Of a DNA stretch of 64,000 bases, positions 26,407 through 42,100 are shown piece after piece. The notes beneath the pieces are model-generated. The model was not told the origin of the DNA, searched no databases, and saw only the letters and a list, made by a program, of their open reading frames with translations. This stretch comes from Octopus vulgaris (Eukaryota), in the NCBI GenBank assembly GCA_951406725.2, contig OX597816.1:178684001-178748000 (forward strand). The letters run 5' to 3'. The translations under genes were made by a program, and so were the position numbers. Every line of letters begins with the position of its first letter. Positions within the stretch are counted from its first letter, which is position 1.

Positions 26407-27582
26407 TTGATAATGATAGAGATGAATATGTCTTATGAAATTGTGAAACTTCACTGAAAATTTCTTCCTCTTATAAAGTATGTAAACTTGTTTGCTTCTC
26501 CAGGTCACAATCTAATTAATTTTGTTCAAACAAATAATTCTCCTTTTAAAACTCTACACAGAGACAGAGAGATAGAGATAGAGAGAGACAGAAAAGAATA
26601 ACGAAAGAGCGAGAGAAAAAAACAGAGGGGGGTGAAAGAGTTCTTTTTCTTTTTATTATCGGTTATGAACACAAACTGTATTACTATATTTGGTTACACT
26701 TCTTACACATTACTGTATGTGATTCTTTGCATTAGTTTACTCCTAACGCGCGCTGGTGTCGACATAGTGGAATAAACAATTCAACGTTGATATATTTTAC
26801 ATGCTAACACCAAAATTCGGTCAATATATATGTCGGATGTCCTTGATATAAATTCTTTTGCTTCTGTCAAGATGCGAGACGAAATTCAAAACAAAAATAA
26901 TTAGAACTGAGTTGACAATTAATTAAATGTCAACAAACAAACGTAGGAGTAAAACCCAGAATCTAAAGAAACTAATTAAGGTCTGTGACAGAAATAATTA
27001 TCCAGGCAGGCCCGTTGCCTAACTTTAATGTCCAAGGTAGCTTCAGAAGATTCTGAGTGGGCAATTTATTTCAATAATGCTAAAGTGGAGTTTCGAAATA
27101 AGTGTGCCACTGTGAATCTGAGGGTGCACAATCGAACAGTGAGGAAGCAGTGCCGTCCAGTGCAAACCCCTAGCAACGGGCATAAACCCAGGAGAGTTGG
27201 TTGGTGACAAAACCCGAAACGCCAGCGTTTTCCTCAACCTTCTCAGCAGGCAAACTTACCGACACCCAATAGATACTTTTTAACTTAACAAGTTAAATAA
27301 AGGCGTAGCTAGGTTTTCGACCGTGGGTATCTCCAATTATTAACATGGATTCGTCAGTAACTAATTTATTTTTGCACGTACTCGTATGCAGGGCCAATAA
27401 CAGTGGAGTTCATTCGGCGCACAAATCCGGGGCCTGTGGTTATCTGTTAAGCTCTTCCCTACCCCAAAATAAAAAAAAAGAAGAGCAACCCACTGCTACT
27501 CAAAGTAATCTTGTTACACCCACCCGAATTCCTCTCAGAAGTATTGCATATACACACACACACACACATATATATGTATCTT

Positions 27583-27657
<75 letters not shown>

Positions 27658-27719
27658 TCAGTAAATCATAAATCCGGAGAATCGCACTCTAAGTTATAGA
27701 GCAGCAGAGTATTTAAATG

Positions 27720-27878
27720 AAGGTAGTTATGGCCGGTTCATAGAGTTACTCAGGGTTTCGCATCCATAAAGCACTTGGGTTTACATACGTCTCTAGGTTC
27801 TAACGAGACGTATGTAAAACCATGCGCTTTGTGGACGCGAAACCGTGAGTAACTCTATCAACCGGGCATAACTACCTT
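27720..27878. repeat. ~160-bp imperfect palindrome with a degenerate hammerhead-like core
   Basis: Arms AAGGTAGTTATG...ACATACGTCTC and GAGACGTATGT...CATAACTACCTT around an 11-nt loop. Plus strand reads CTAACGA...GC-GAAA-CCGTGA-GTA. Confidence 0.75.
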
Positions 27879-27881
27879 TAA

Positions 27882-27912
<31 letters not shown>

Positions 27913-27942
27913 TGTATGTATGTATGTATGTATGTATGTATG

Positions 27943-27990
<48 letters not shown>

Positions 27991-28232
27991 AGCTAGAAAA
28001 ATTGTTAGTACGCCAGGCAAGATGTCTAGAGGCATCTTATCTATCTATCTGGGTTCAAACGCCACCGGAGTCGACTTTGCCTTGTGCCAAAATTTGAAAT
28101 CAATATGTATATATGTATATATTCTTTCTTTTATTCTCTTACTTCTTTCCGTCATTTGATTGCGGCCATGCTGGAGCACCACTTTTAGTTGAACGAATCG
28201 ACCCCAGGGCTTATCCTTTGTAAGCCTATCGG

Positions 28233-28860
28233 TCTGAAGGAGGACAAATGATTGGAAAGACGCTGTTTGAGAGAATCCCAACTTGCATCCCACATATTTC
28301 TGTGGGTGTGGATGTCGGCGCACACAGAAATACGTGGGATGCACTGGCGATTCTCTCAAACAGCGTCTTTCCAATCATTTGTCCTCTTTCAGAGTCCCGG
28401 AAAGGAGATACGTGTCATCGCTGGCCAGCCATATCTGGTAACTAAGAGACGATGAGATCGTATGGAAAATACTGAGAACCTAGGCCCCTGTATCAACAGG
28501 ACGAAACGTTGCAAGTTATGCTCTACCGAACGCACGAGAAACCTAAAAGACTCGCTCGTTCCAGGGAGCATCCTGAACTCCAGGACAGAGATGTTCAGGC
28601 TATGCTTGCATTTTAGAAGATTCCTGCGACGCGATAGCCGGAAGCCAAGAGCCAACGCTGAAGGGAGACAATCGTTTACCTTCGTGGTTCTTTGATGACT
28701 GCAAGATAGCGGTGCGGCCGAAGCTCGATGGCCAATGGCAAAGGGAGATAATCACATAGTGTTTACCTTTATAGCGAAGCATCACCCCCACCCATTTTGA
28801 AGAGGTCTTAAGCCAGCAGTGTTTGGGGTGTGAAGATACGCCTTACATAAACCAATAACA
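28233..28860 (+). mobile_element. PLE 3' fragment (GIY-YIG endonuclease remnant) with a 5' fold-back, inserted in a SINE A remnant
   Basis: Translates to KYVGCTGDSLKQRLSNHLSSF...SLASHIW*LRDDEIVWKIL...KRCKLCSTER...ILNSRTEMFRLCLHFRRFL. 28233-28393 is a hairpin. SINE A 3' end (-) at ~28125-28230. Confidence 0.8.
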
Positions 28861-28907
28861 GCTGTATTCTTACATCTGTGTGTATTACTCTCATACATTA
28901 ATACATA

Positions 28908-29261
28908 TCTTTACATATAAAAGTCAAGTTGTGTGTCTGTCTCCTACGATTTAGATTCCTAACTACTCCCACATTTTGCGGTGCAGTTTAACCAAAACCG
29001 GGTATCTTATAGTCGTGATTCATATCGATCCCTTCTGGGTATTAGCAAGCGTCTACGATGAGTCTACGATTTAAAAAATAATTTACCATCAAGTAACTCT
29101 CTAAAAATGTCTACGATGAGTCAACGATTTAAAAAAAATTTACCATAATTTTTTTTCCATTTTTAATGCATTTTTTTGCTATTTTTTGGCTATAACTCTC
29201 TAAAAATGTTTATATAGTTATTTCCTTTACAAACCCGAGCAACGCCGGGCGATACTGCTAG
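28908..29261 (+). mobile_element. Non-autonomous Helitron, family H1
   Basis: A|TC start; CCCGAGCAACGCCGGG hairpin; CTAG|T end. Copies at 51491-51889 and 56428-56824(-). Confidence 0.9.
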
Positions 29262-30364
29262 TTATTTATAATCAGTCGTCGTCTTTTCATTTCCTAATTT
29301 GGTGTTTGTCCTGAATAACGTTTTCATTGATAGGCAGGTTTCGTTAATATGTATCTGTATACCGTTTTTGAGGACATTCTTTTTGAAAAAACATTTTATG
29401 TAGATAGCATTTCCAGAAGTCTTCCCACTAACTATCGTCTGTTGAATAAGTTTATACTGCTTTGTTAATGAACCATATCCTGTTTCGCTAGAGATTTTGG
29501 CTTGGTTGTTGTCGTTTGTATCCTTTTATGTTCAGGTTGTTTTCAGGCGTTCATATCTTTTGTTGGTCGCTTTTATTGTTCTTTACAAAATAAACAGAAT
29601 GACAATTTAACACCGGACACCCAAAATTGGACCAACAACATATTCAGCGAGGAGTTGGACTTTAGGGAACTTTAGCAAAATAAAATATAAATGACATTAG
29701 CAAGCCAGGAGGCCACTATACCGACGAATGAATAAATGGCTGTCTGTAACGAATTAACTTAAGAATGTCTGTGTACTTTCAATGCAGCAGTGACCCAAAG
29801 CTCCTGGGTACCTATATTTTCGAATAGCAATCTCGAGGAAAATTGAAATCCGCTGATACAGAAATTCCAGACTCATCACACTAAGTGTCTATATATCTAG
29901 AGAAATATATAATCCAAATCAAAAGAAGAATGAATTTAGTTATAAATGTTTCGATTTCACCTCGTTTTAACCATTCCTACACTCACATGCAGCATCGACA
30001 GCAGCTTCTGCCCCACGAGCACCACTAAACAAAGCTAAGCGATTCATCCATTTGCTCTTTCATTAACCCTTTCCCCAACCAGTCTATACGACAGAGCAAC
30101 ATTGACAAACAACACCCAACATTCCCAACGCAATTCATAACCACTTTCTCCGTTGCTCTTACCATTTCTCTCACCTTGCCTTTCACAACTGTTTCCATTT
30201 TCATTTTCATGTCATAACACTAACGCCATCTTATTTTACACATTTACCGTTCTACTCCCTCTTCATTATTACTGCAACAGTCGCAAGTTTGCAACTTATC
30301 TACACTTACATACTAACCCTTTAATTAATATTTAATACTTAACTCATCATGCTTATTTTTGATC

Positions 30365-30631
30365 ATGCCCCGAAGGAAGAGTTCTTCAATTGGACGAAAA
30401 ACTGTGAAAGCTGCAAGATCATCAGCAAGGAGGACCAATGAATCGTCTGTCCAAACTGACATCAGACGATCACAAAATGCTGAACGTGCAGCCACTTCAA
30501 GAGCACTCCGAACAGATGACCAGTGTCCAGTTCGACAAACTGCTGATGCTGCCTCAACTGCTGCTGCAAGGGCTGAACACCAGTGCTGTACTCACTGGTC
30601 AAGTTTCATTAAAATCGATAAAACGATCTAG
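30365..30631 (+). pseudogene. Helitron-like N-terminal Arg/Ala/Ser-rich coding remnant
   Basis: MPRRKSSSIGRKTVKAARSSARRTNES...RRSQNAERAATSRA resembles Helitron RepHel N-termini and the 4763-4870 stretch. Confidence 0.5.
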
Positions 30632-30696
30632 GAGGAGTTAGCTAACAACTCCACTAATACACCCACAAACAGAATTTCCCACATATGTAGTATATA

Positions 30697-30726
30697 CTAG
30701 ACTTACCACTCAGCGTTGCCCGGTAA
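30697..30726 (-). mobile_element. Helitron-type 3' terminus
   Basis: Revcomp CCGGGCAACGCTGAGTGGTAAGTCTAG|T. 5' end not defined. Confidence 0.55.
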
Positions 30727-30869
30727 AGTATTCACGGAATTGTTTGCCATTTTATAGAACGGTACTTAGGCATGTATATATATTTAACCTAACTTCTAGA
30801 TTTATTTAATTGGATCTATCCAAACAAGGAAACCTCCCCAATACTAAATAGGAAATATACATAGTAAAT

Positions 30870-31102
30870 ACCTATTTCTTTACTACCCACAAGGGGCTAA
30901 ACACAGAGAAGACAAACAAGGACAGACAAACGGATTAAGTCGATTATATCGACCCCAGTGCGTAACTGGTACTTATTTAATCGACCCCGAAAGGATGAAA
31001 GGCAAAGTCGACCTCGGTGGAATTTGAACTCAGAACGTAGCGATAGACGAAATACGGCTACGCATTTCGCCCGGCGTGCTAACGTTTCTGCCAGCCCACC
31101 GC
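30870..31102 (-). mobile_element. SINE family B, full length
   Basis: Revcomp GGCGGTGGGCTGGCAGAAACGTTAGC...GAGTTCAAATTCC (B-box-like)...GTCGACTTTGCCTTTCATCCTTTCGGGGTCGATTAAATAAGTACCAG. Confidence 0.88.
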
Positions 31103-31211
31103 CTTTAATACATAGTAAATACCATACCTCCATACCCACAGATTACACAGGTAGAGTAGAATAGTTAGTGGACTGTTAGGTAGATAGTTAGTGGTTAGGT
31201 AGGTAGATATA

Positions 31212-31249
<38 letters not shown>

Positions 31250-31669
31250 CACTTTTTTTCTGTATGTAAGCATATAGATATGTAAATAAACAGATCAATA
31301 TAAAGACGGATAGGTATATAGACTATAGGAACAGACACAAATGGAGACACGGATCCACACATATAAAGATGCACATCCACACATACAAACATGGTACATA
31401 GTTACATAACGCACACACACACACACACGCAGATATGCACACACAAGGAGGCAGAGGTGCATACATATACAAACACACGCTCACACACACATCCATAGAA
31501 AATACACAAATACGGACATGCAAGCACATGAATATGCAGAATACGTACATACATATATACATATGCATGCACACACATATATACATACAAACACATGCAA
31601 ACACACACATACGTACGTATATGCGTGCATGTATAGGCACACTCACACACACACTGACCCACACACATG

Positions 31670-31890
31670 CGCACAAAGAAAAGGGAACGCAGTGTAAATA
31701 ACGGACAGAGTCAAGACTATTGAAAAGGTTGCAAGACGCAACGAAAATTTTAGGAAAATAGAAATAAGAAAAAAGTGGAAATTTTACCGGTGAGTGTGTT
31801 ATATTATAAGGCACAAAAAGAAAATAACTCTCCCCAGACACAACAGAATATGCTTCAACAGAATATGCAAACCAAATCCAAAAACGAAAT
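31670..31890. repeat. Dispersed ~220-bp repeat, second copy at ~57877-58112
   Basis: Shared ATAACGGACAGAGTCAA..ATTGAAAAGGTTGCAAGACGCAACGA and ACTCTCCCCA..ATATGCTTCAACA. Both copies follow decayed (CA)n. Confidence 0.8.
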
Positions 31891-32029
31891 AAAATAGTAA
31901 CCAATTTACATAAGTAAAAGCATTTTTTTAAAACAATCTTTATCCTGAAAATCGCGTTACTTTTGTTTTAAAGTGAAAGAGAGGAGAAAGCGAAAGAGGT
32001 ATGGAAAGTGTATATGAAAAGGACGTGTA

Positions 32030-32074
<45 letters not shown>

Positions 32075-32330
32075 AAGTGAGAAAGAGAGTGTGTCACTTA
32101 CACATGCACGAGAACACGTTCACTCACTCATTCACTCTTTCTCTCTCTCTCACACACAAACACACACACACACACACGCACACACACACGCACACACACA
32201 TACAAAAATGATGTACGCATATATATTGATGTATGTATGACAATACACCCCTTCACTCACTCTCTCCCTCTCTCTTTTTCTGTCTCACTGCCCCTCTGAC
32301 TCTTCCTATCTCTCTTTCTCTCTCTCTCTC

Positions 32331-32378
<48 letters not shown>

Positions 32379-32731
32379 ACATACACACACACGTCTATTT
32401 CATATACATCTACATTCATATTTCACTTTCTCCTCTCTTTCACTTTGAAACAAAAGTAAATAAATAAAAAAACTTTACGGAAATTGACGAACCCAGATGA
32501 TGAAATCGCATCCCGGAGCTACCCTTTTCACAGCAACCGCAAACCGGATGTGTCAATTCACCTCCGACAATAGAGAACAGTCGCCATATTCCATTCCATA
32601 TTGGCTAACTCTGATAACTGTAAGGTTATTATAATTGGATTCGTACCGAACACTCAATTGTATTCCTCGCGCGAAACCGATTGGTAAGATCAGCCGTAAT
32701 GGATATATAATATTATGCATTTCAGTTAATA

Positions 32732-32822
<91 letters not shown>

Positions 32823-32829
32823 ATATCTA

Positions 32830-32874
<45 letters not shown>

Positions 32875-33056
32875 ATATATATATATATATATATATGTAT
32901 TTAAGTAGACAAATGAATTATCTTATTTCGGATAATTCGAAAGATAACCGATACCTGGGTAGCAAACTCACAACAGAAAAAGCACGGTTGAAGTTACGAC
33001 CATAGGGCATAAAATCCGTGCCTTAGTGCGGAAATTTGAAGTTTAATTTAATATAC

Positions 33057-34213
<1,157 letters not shown>

Positions 34214-34246
34214 TTGCACGAAGCATAAGGATGCATAAAAGCATAC

Positions 34247-34810
34247 ACCTGCTAGTAATAAGACCTAAAGTCTTAATTAAGCCACCGTACAGCACCAAGA
34301 TAACAGAGATATAACAGTATGCGAGGAAACGGAAAGAATTAATACACAATTGTAAGATTATGCAGTTTAGGACACCCACATATCCGGGTTTCGGTTTTTG
34401 GAAAATTTAATCCTTGAGTCTCTTCAGTGTGGACTACCGAGTAAAAATTCGAGGACGCCACGTTAAACTCCGTTAGTGTACTGATTTTGTTTTGTGCCAA
34501 AAACACAGCACATGGTGCAGAAATATTTATAAGCAAAACATTCAAACACTAGCATTTGAAATAAGATATCACTACTGTTAATATCATCTGTGGATAAAAT
34601 TTAAAATTGATGGTATCAACTGTAGTAACATAGATTAAATGTTCTAAAAGCCGAAACCAGGGTATATGCATGTCCTGAACTGCGTAATCTTTTATAGTTG
34701 TGCTTTTGACTATATTAATTCTTTATGTTTCCTCGCCTACTGTTATTTCTCTGTTATCTTGGTGCTATACGGTGGCTTCATTAAGACTTTAGCGCTTATT
34801 TCTAGCAGGT
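34247..34810. mobile_element. Fold-back element with ~165-bp diverged inverted arms (PLE pseudo-LTR-like)
   Basis: Arms at ~34247-34412 and ~34633-34810 (ACCTGCTAG... / ...CTAGCAGGT). Confidence 0.75.
34376..34432 (-). ncRNA. Type I hammerhead ribozyme motif
   Basis: CCACA-CTGAAGA-G...C-GAAA-CCCGGA-TA-TGTGG, with a perfect 5-bp stem I. The other arm reads GAAACCAGGGTA. Stem II is eroded. Confidence 0.65.
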
Positions 34811-35061
34811 TGAAAGAATCCCGTCGTATATATGTATATGTATACATATATGTGTGTGTGTGTTTGTGTGTGTTTGTCCCCCAACATCGCTTGACAACCG
34901 ATGTTGGTGTGTTTACGTCCCCGTAACTTAGCGGTTCGGCAAAACAGACCGATAGAATAAGTTCTAGGCTTACAAAGAATAATTCCTGGGGTCGATTTGC
35001 TCGACTAAAGGTGGTGCTCCAGCATGGCCACAGTCAAATGACTGAAACGAGTAAAAGAGTA
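34811..35061 (+). mobile_element. SINE family A, 3' two-thirds
   Basis: Starts at TGAAAGAATCCCGTCGTATAT and runs to the AGTAAAAGAGTA tail. Confidence 0.88.
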
Positions 35062-35105
35062 GTAACGATATCTTATTTCAAATCTTAGTGTTTGAATATT
35101 TTGCT

Positions 35106-35165
<60 letters not shown>

Positions 35166-36335
35166 ATATATAAATATATGCATATATACATATATGTACA
35201 TACCTACATATATATATATGTATATATACATGCATATATGGGTACAGGACATCAAAAAAACGTTGAACACAATGAGAAACGAAAATATAAAAAGAAATAA
35301 CATAAGAAACGAACTTTTTTTCAAACAACGAAAAAAGCAGAGAAACAAGACATACAATACAAGGAATATTCCCCTTCTTCAGTTGTCCCTGTTTCATCTA
35401 CTCCGCGTTACGAAGGTAAGGACAAGACGCGACTTCGTTGAAACAGTCCCTCCCGCAAAGCAAATTAAATAAAATTTGGGATTTTTTGCAGAGAACAGGA
35501 CAGTAAGAACAAAACAGTAAAAACAATAAAAAAGTAAAAACAGTAAAGGACAGAACAATGAGAACAAAACAATAAAAACAAACGATGAGGGTTGTTAAGC
35601 CAAGACGATGGAAAAATTATTCTGAAGGTTTAAGGAGACAGCTTATGAAAGAGAGGATAAGCTTCCCCTCTGATCATGTGTAAGCGACGAGAGGGTTGAG
35701 GAGGAGAAGTAAGAGAGAGGGAACGGTGAAGGGGAGACGAGAAGAATAGGGAAGGGTGAGAGAGAAAACCAGAAAGGATGAAGAACAAAAGGGGGAGAGA
35801 TAGACAGAGAAGAAATAGTAAAGAAGAAGAGTGCGCATCATAATTATTAAGATAAAACTTACTTGGAAAAGGATGATTGATATATTCAAATTACGATGAA
35901 AGTAAACAAACGTATGTTTGTGTGAGGGTGTGTGTGAGGGTGTGTGTGTACGTGTGTGCGTACGTGCGCGTGTGATGTAAATATACATACTCAAATTATG
36001 TGCTAGAAGCAGCTAAATAATATAAACATTATTACTATTACATTCTTAATGTATATGTTGTTAAACTTCAGAAGCTGCTGTATTTCGTCTGGGTAAGATC
36101 TCATTAACTACATATAGTGTTAAAAATACAGTATTCTTTAGAGATAAGCGAAAGAAAATTATTCGGAAGTTTCACAATGTCTTGCTGCTTATCAATGCCG
36201 GTTCCGAAACGATTTTTAAGTCGCTGGCCTGAAGTGTAGGTTAAAGACAGCTGTTGCTGATCTGCAATTGCGTCACACAAATAGGACAAATTGCTGTATG
36301 AGATGTTGATGGCTCAATATAGAAGACACGTAATT

Positions 36336-36392
<57 letters not shown>

Positions 36393-36551
36393 AAGTGATT
36401 TAAACTTACTCTTCGAAGTCTTTGTTGAAGACCAAGTCCGCGGGATGGGTAATATGTAGCTACAAGAGGAATCCAGGTGAGCTGATATGGAGATAGTGAC
36501 ACAGAAAAACACAATTGGATTTGATATACAAAATATATACGTACATATTTG

Positions 36552-36786
36552 AGCGAGATCGTTGCCAGTACCGCCTGACTGGCCCCCGTGCCGGTGGCAC
36601 GTGAAAGCACCCATTACACTCTCGGAGTGGTTGGCGTTAGGAAGGGCATCCAGTTGTAGAAACTCTGCCAGATCAGATTGGAGTCTGGTGCAGCCATCTG
36701 GTTCGCCAGCCCACAGTCAAAATCGTCCAACCCATGCTAGCATGGAAAGCGGACGTTAAACGACAATGATGATGATGATGATGATA
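36552..36786 (+). mobile_element. SINE family C, 3' part with a (GAT)n tail
   Basis: GGTTGGCGTTAGGAAGGGCATCCAG core; CCCATGCTAGCATGGAAAGCGGACGTTAAACGA then GATGATGAT. Recognised from general SINE features; single copy in this window. Confidence 0.65.
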
Positions 36787-37219
36787 CACTTGTAGATATA
36801 TATAGAGATATATAAGAAAATGACAACGCAAAATAATAATAAAGCAAAAGGAAAAGGTTTATAAGTCCTGAGCGGTTCTCTTCCCTTGAGGGAAAATTCC
36901 CCATCCCTTATATTTCTTAGCAAATTCTCTGTCAAAATTCCCACGTATTGAGATATACAAAAACTGAAAATATTATGAAGATGAACACTCGTGTATAAAT
37001 AAATGTAGACAGAGTACAAAAAATCCAGAAAACTAAGGGGTGAATGCTGTTTCTGGGAGTTGGGAATTACGTGATAATTGTAATATTCTTAATTAGCCAA
37101 TGAAGTGTGCCAGAAGTCAAGGATATGCAACCAGTAGATGGATGCATACCGTAACACCTGTTTCCTTCGTCTGCTGTCCATAACAAAGAAACAATCACAC
37201 ACAGGCACACACACACACA

Positions 37220-37267
<48 letters not shown>

Positions 37268-37357
37268 TACATACATACATAATGCATGCATACATACATA
37301 ATGCATGCATACATATGTATATATGTCTACTATACACCATTTTAAACTCGTGATTAC

Positions 37358-37789
37358 CTACTCTATTACTCTATTACTCTATTACTCTATTACTTCTTTC
37401 AGTCATTTGACTGCGGCCATGCTGGAGCACCGCCTTTTAGTCGAGCAAATCAACCCCGGGACTTATTCTTTGTAAGCCCAGTACTTATTCTATCGGTCTC
37501 TTTTTGCCGAACCGCTAAGTAACAGGGACATAAACCCACCAGCATCGGTTGTCAAGCAATGCTGGGGGGACAAACACAGACACACAAACACACACATACA
37601 CACATATATATATATATACATATGTACGACAGGCTTCTTTCAGTTTCCGTCTACCAAATCCACTCACAAGGCATTGGTCGGCCCGGGGCTATAGCAGAAG
37701 ACACTTGCCCAAGATGCCACGCAGTGGGACTGAACCCGGAACCATGTGGTTGGTAAACAAGCTACTTACCACACAGCCACTCCTGCGCC
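37358..37789 (-). mobile_element. SINE family A, full length
   Basis: Reverse complement of the 2597-3010 sequence. Confidence 0.92.
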
Positions 37790-37810
37790 GTGTAAGTTTG
37801 TAAATGTATT

Positions 37811-37890
<80 letters not shown>

Positions 37891-38454
37891 CGTGCATTTG
37901 TGTGTTTTATGTCCTATAACCGTCTGTCTTTCTATTTTTGTAGGGGTCTTCCCTGTTGCTGTCACATATTGTGAAATTCTAAAATTACGTCAAAATATTC
38001 AAATTTGGTATATTGAAATAATTTTCCATCTTAAATCCGATTTTGTTATTTATTTGTTCCAGAAAAAATGCAGAAAAGTGTTACTAGGGTTTAAATTTTA
38101 ATTAAATTTACCTAATCAGAAAACAGGACTTGGAAGCTGGCATTTTCTGCATGATAGCTGTCTATCACAAAATGAAAGCAAAATCATTACGAGGAGGAAT
38201 TTTTATCAAACTAACGAAAGCACAGCATTACGATGACCATTGTTATGTGAACGTCTGGTTTTAATAAGTTTTAATGAATAAAATCATGTGAAACGTCGAA
38301 CAGACGTGTAAATAATTCAAAAAAGAAAGAGAAAAATCATTAACAAAATTGCACAAATCTGTCCTGATCAAGAGGCTTATCTGTCGGTGGGGGGGGGGGG
38401 TATGGTCTGCCACGGAATAAACAAAAATTTATATAAGACATTCTATTATAAAAA

Positions 38455-38484
38455 TTGCCCGGCAACGATGGGCTATTCAGCTAG
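38455..38484 (+). mobile_element. Helitron-type 3' terminus
   Basis: GCCCGGCAACGATGGGC hairpin followed by CTAG|T at 38481-38485. Confidence 0.55.
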
Positions 38485-38602
38485 TACATACATAAAAAAA
38501 ACTTACAAATCTGCACACATACATACAAAAATACCCAATCAAGGTTAGAAAACAGCTCTTTTTCTATTGGCTAGAAATCTTGAAATAAAACTAAGTAATG
38601 AC

Positions 38603-38633
<31 letters not shown>

Positions 38634-39299
38634 CATACATACATACATACATACATACATACATACATACATACATACATACGTACGTACGTACGTACAT
38701 ACGTACGTACATACATACATACATACATACATACGTACGTACGTACGTACATACATACATACATACATACATACGTACGTATACATACATACATACGTAC
38801 GTATACATACATACATACGTACATACATACATACATACGTACGTACGTACGTACATACATACATACATACATACATACATACACACATACATACATACAT
38901 ACATACATACGTACGTACGTACGTACGTACATACATACATACATACATACGTACGTACGTACGTACATACATACATACATACATACATACATACATACAT
39001 ACATACATACATACATACATACATACATTCATACATACATACATACATACATACATACGTACGTACGTACGTACATACATACATACATACGTACGTACAT
39101 ACATACATACATACATACATACGTACGTACATACATACATACATACGTACATACATACGTACATACATACATACATACGTACGTACGTACTTACGTACAT
39201 ACATACATACGTACATACATACATACATACATAACATACATACATACATACATACATACATGCATGCATACATACATACATACATACATACATACATAC

Positions 39300-39330
<31 letters not shown>

Positions 39331-39912
39331 ACATACATACATACATACATACATACGTACGTACATACATACATACGTACATACATACGTACATACATAC
39401 ATACATAACATAACATACATACATACATACATACATACATACATACATACATACATACATACATACGTACATACGTACGTACATACATACATACGTACGT
39501 ACGTACGCACATACATACATACATACATACATACATAACATACATACATACATACATACATACGTACGTACATACATACATACATACATACGTACGTACA
39601 TACATACATACATACATAACATACATACATACATACATACATACATACATACATACATGCATGCATACATACATACATACATACATACATACATAACATA
39701 CATACATACATACATACATACGTACGTACATACATACATACATACATACGTACATACATACGTACATACATACATACGTACGTACATACATACATACATA
39801 CATAACATACATACATACATACATACATACATACATGCATACATACATACATACATACATACATATGTAAGTACATACATACATACATACATGCATGCAT
39901 ACATACATACAT

Positions 39913-39959
<47 letters not shown>

Positions 39960-40043
39960 TACATACACACATACACACACATACACGAATACACACATAC
40001 ACACACACACACACATACACACATACACACATACATACATACA

Positions 40044-40077
<34 letters not shown>

Positions 40078-40087
40078 CGTACATACA

Positions 40088-40121
<34 letters not shown>

Positions 40122-40175
40122 CATACGTACGTACATACATACCTACGTACATACATACATACATACATACATACA

Positions 40176-40206
<31 letters not shown>

Positions 40207-40219
40207 GTACGTACATACA

Positions 40220-40250
<31 letters not shown>

Positions 40251-40450
40251 GTACGTACATACATACATACATACATACATACATACATACATACATACAT
40301 ACGTACGTACATACATACATACATACATACATGCATGCATACATACATACATACATACATACATACATACATACATACATACGTACGTACGTACGTACAT
40401 ACATACATACAAACATGCATGCATGCATACATACATACATACATACATAC

Positions 40451-40482
<32 letters not shown>

Positions 40483-40597
40483 GCACGCACACACACACAT
40501 ACACACATACACACATACGCACATACACACACCCACATACACACATACACACACATACACACACACACACACACATACACACATACACACACACACA

Positions 40598-40668
<71 letters not shown>

Positions 40669-41039
40669 ACACACGCACATACACACACACATACACACAT
40701 ACACACACACATACACACATACACACATACACGCATACACACACACATACACACATACACACACACATACACACATACATACATACATACATACACACAC
40801 ACACATACATACATACACACACATACACACACACACATACATACATACACACATACACACACATACACGAATACACACATACACACACACACATACACAC
40901 ATACACACATACACACACACACACACACACATACACAAATACATACATACACATACAGACACATACATACATACACACATACACGCATACACACACACAT
41001 ACACACATACACACACACATACACACATACATACATACA

Positions 41040-41070
<31 letters not shown>

Positions 41071-41099
41071 GTACGTACATACATACATACATACATACA

Positions 41100-41130
<31 letters not shown>

Positions 41131-41330
41131 GTACGTACATACATACATACATACATACATACATACATACATACGTACGTACGTACATACATACATACAA
41201 ACATACATGCATGCATGCATACATACATACATACATACATACTTACAAACATACATACATACGTACGTACGTACGTACATACATACATACAAACATGCAT
41301 GCATGCATACATACATACATACATACATAC

Positions 41331-41371
<41 letters not shown>

Positions 41372-41475
41372 CATACACACATACACACATACGCACATAC
41401 ACACACCCACATACACACATACACACACATACACACACACATACACACATACACACATACACACACACACACATA

Positions 41476-41516
<41 letters not shown>

Positions 41517-41739
41517 ACACACATACACACGTACACACACACGCACATACACACACACACATACACACACACACATACACACATACACACATACACGCAT
41601 ACACACACACATACACACATACACACACACACACACACAAACATACATACACACACACACACACACACATACATACATACACACACACATACATACATAC
41701 ACACATACACACACATACACGAATACACACATACACACA

Positions 41740-41771
<32 letters not shown>

Positions 41772-41868
41772 TACACACATACATACATACACATACAGAC
41801 ACATACATACATACATACACACATACACGCATACACACACACATACACACATACACACACATATACAC

Positions 41869-41907
<39 letters not shown>

Positions 41908-42025
41908 TACATACATACACACATACACACACACACATACATACATACACACATACACACACATACACGAATACACACATACACACATACACACACACAC
42001 ATACACACATACACACATACACACA

Positions 42026-42100
<75 letters not shown>

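Noticed and set aside
31937-32459. ~40-bp inverted repeats flanking (GA)n/(CT)n tracts
   Set aside because: Low-complexity and short, with no TSD or other element hallmark identified.
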